DNA of 64,000 bases from Candidatus Amunia macphersoniae (GTDB taxonomy: Bacteria > Chloroflexota > Dormibacteria > Aeolococcales > Aeolococcaceae): contig JAEKNN010000005.1 of assembly GCA_016464795.1 (NCBI GenBank), positions 65,483 to 129,482 on the forward strand. Reading direction: 5' to 3'. Each line of letters starts with the position of its first letter. Within the stretch, counting starts at the first letter, position 1. The notes under the pieces were generated by a model. That model made no database searches. It was not told the DNA's origin and saw only the letters and a program-made list of their open reading frames with translations. Shown piece by piece: positions 63,278 through 64,000 of this stretch. A program made the translations under genes and the position numbers.

Positions 63278-64000
63278 ATGCAGGTAGGTCGCGCCCTCTT
63301 CCCGTTCACCGCCATCGTGGGTCAGGAGCCGATGCGCCAGGCGCTGGTTCTCAACGCCATCAACCCCGCCATCGGCGGAGTGCTCATCCGCGGCGAGAAG
63401 GGCACCGCCAAGTCGACAGCGGTTCGGGCGCTGGCTCGCCTGCTTCCCGAGCAGGACGTGGTGGTCGGCTGCCAGTTCGGCTGCCCACCCGACGCCGGCG
63501 AGCAGCAGTGTGTCGACTGCAGCAGCCGCAGCGCCGCCGGCGAGGACCTGCCTCGCCAGGCTCGACAGATGCGCGTGGTCGAGCTGCCGATCAACGCCAG
63601 CGAGGATCGTGTTGTCGGCAGCATCGACATCGAGGCCGCCATCAAGACAGGAGAGAAGCGATTCGAGCCGGGAGTCCTGGCCGAGGCCAACCGCAACATC
63701 CTGTACGTGGATGAGGTCAACCTTCTCGACGACCACATCGTCGACGTCCTCCTCGACGCGGCGGCGATGGGCCTCAACACCGTCGAGCGCGAGGGGGTGT
63801 CCGTGTCCCACCCGTCGCGCTTCATCCTGGTCGGCACCATGAACCCGGAGGAGGGCGACCTGCGTCCCCAGCTGCTCGACCGCTTCGGGCTGTGCGTCGA
63901 CGTCGCCGGCATCCGCGATTTGGGTCGCAGGGTGGAGATCGTCGAGCGTCGCGAGCAGTTCGAGGAGGATCCCGAAGCGTTCGCCGTGCGTTTCGAGGCA
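63278..64000 (+). CDS. Mg-chelatase subunit I-like AAA+ ATPase, 3' end truncated by the window edge
   Basis: [50 protein letters not shown], Walker [33 protein letters not shown]. The frame is open to nt 64000. Confidence 0.8.
   Translation, partial: MQVGRALFPFTAIVGQEPMRQALVLNAINPAIGGVLIRGEKGTAKSTAVRALARLLPEQDVVVGCQFGCPPDAGEQQCVDCSSRSAAGEDLPRQARQMRVVELPINASEDRVVGSIDIEAAIKTGEKRFEPGVLAEANRNILYVDEVNLLDDHIVDVLLDAAAMGLNTVEREGVSVSHPSRFILVGTMNPEEGDLRPQLLDRFGLCVDVAGIRDLGRRVEIVERREQFEEDPEAFAVRFEA

Noticed and set aside
1-64000. CRISPR arrays, rRNA genes, IS elements or integrases
   Set aside because: There is no regularly spaced direct-repeat array, no rRNA-like conserved stretches, and no transposase- or integrase-like ORFs. 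The only tandem repeat is the 55-bp duplication at lysW/lysX.

Overview
This 64 kb window is a high-GC (~70%) bacterial chromosomal segment with dense, mostly operonic coding. It carries housekeeping genes: glmU-prs, recO, glyQS, ppdK, dnaG-rpoD followed by tRNA-Asn, radC, and an acyl-CoA dehydrogenase. It also holds a complete LysW-carrier lysine (alpha-aminoadipate) biosynthesis operon, hcs-hacA-hacB-lysW-lysX-lysK-lysY-lysZ-lysJ, all on the minus strand with overlapping stop/start codons. The primary sigma factor is short and Bacillus-like, and the LysW pathway is present, so this is probably a Chloroflexi- or Deinococcus-Thermus-like lineage rather than a classical actinobacterium. The accessory regions hold four notable items. 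(1) Two tandem modules (8.8-14.6 kb), each a PrsW-family-like polytopic membrane protein with N- and C-terminal zinc ribbons, translationally coupled to a single-pass membrane protein with a cytoplasmic zinc ribbon and an extracellular domain. A lipoprotein S53 (sedolisin) peptidase lies between the two modules. I read this as a candidate, apparently undescribed, membrane signalling or proteolysis system. (2) A cell-surface S8 subtilase whose C-terminal FG-GAP beta-propeller and membrane-anchor segment is separated from the protease domain by a single in-frame TAG codon. (3) A single polypeptide that fuses an ECF sigma factor, a ZAS-type anti-sigma zinc motif, a transmembrane helix and an extracytoplasmic domain. 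It sits directly upstream of a cluster of general-stress-type genes (DUF2382/PRC x2, DUF3618, Holin-X-like, DUF883-like, TM-helix repeat). (4) A papain-like (C1) cysteine protease directly upstream of a serpin. Smaller oddities are a perfect 55-bp tandem duplication at the lysW/lysX junction that creates a 13-codon mini-ORF ending in the LysW EEDWGE tail, an internally deleted homoisocitrate/isopropylmalate dehydrogenase paralog, and three secreted proteins with tripartite C-terminal anchors (Gly-rich segment, hydrophobic helix, Arg cluster). I found no CRISPR array, no rRNA and no clear transposon. One tRNA (Asn-GTT) is present. The ORF track contains many antisense or overlapping ORFs that I treat as high-GC artefacts.
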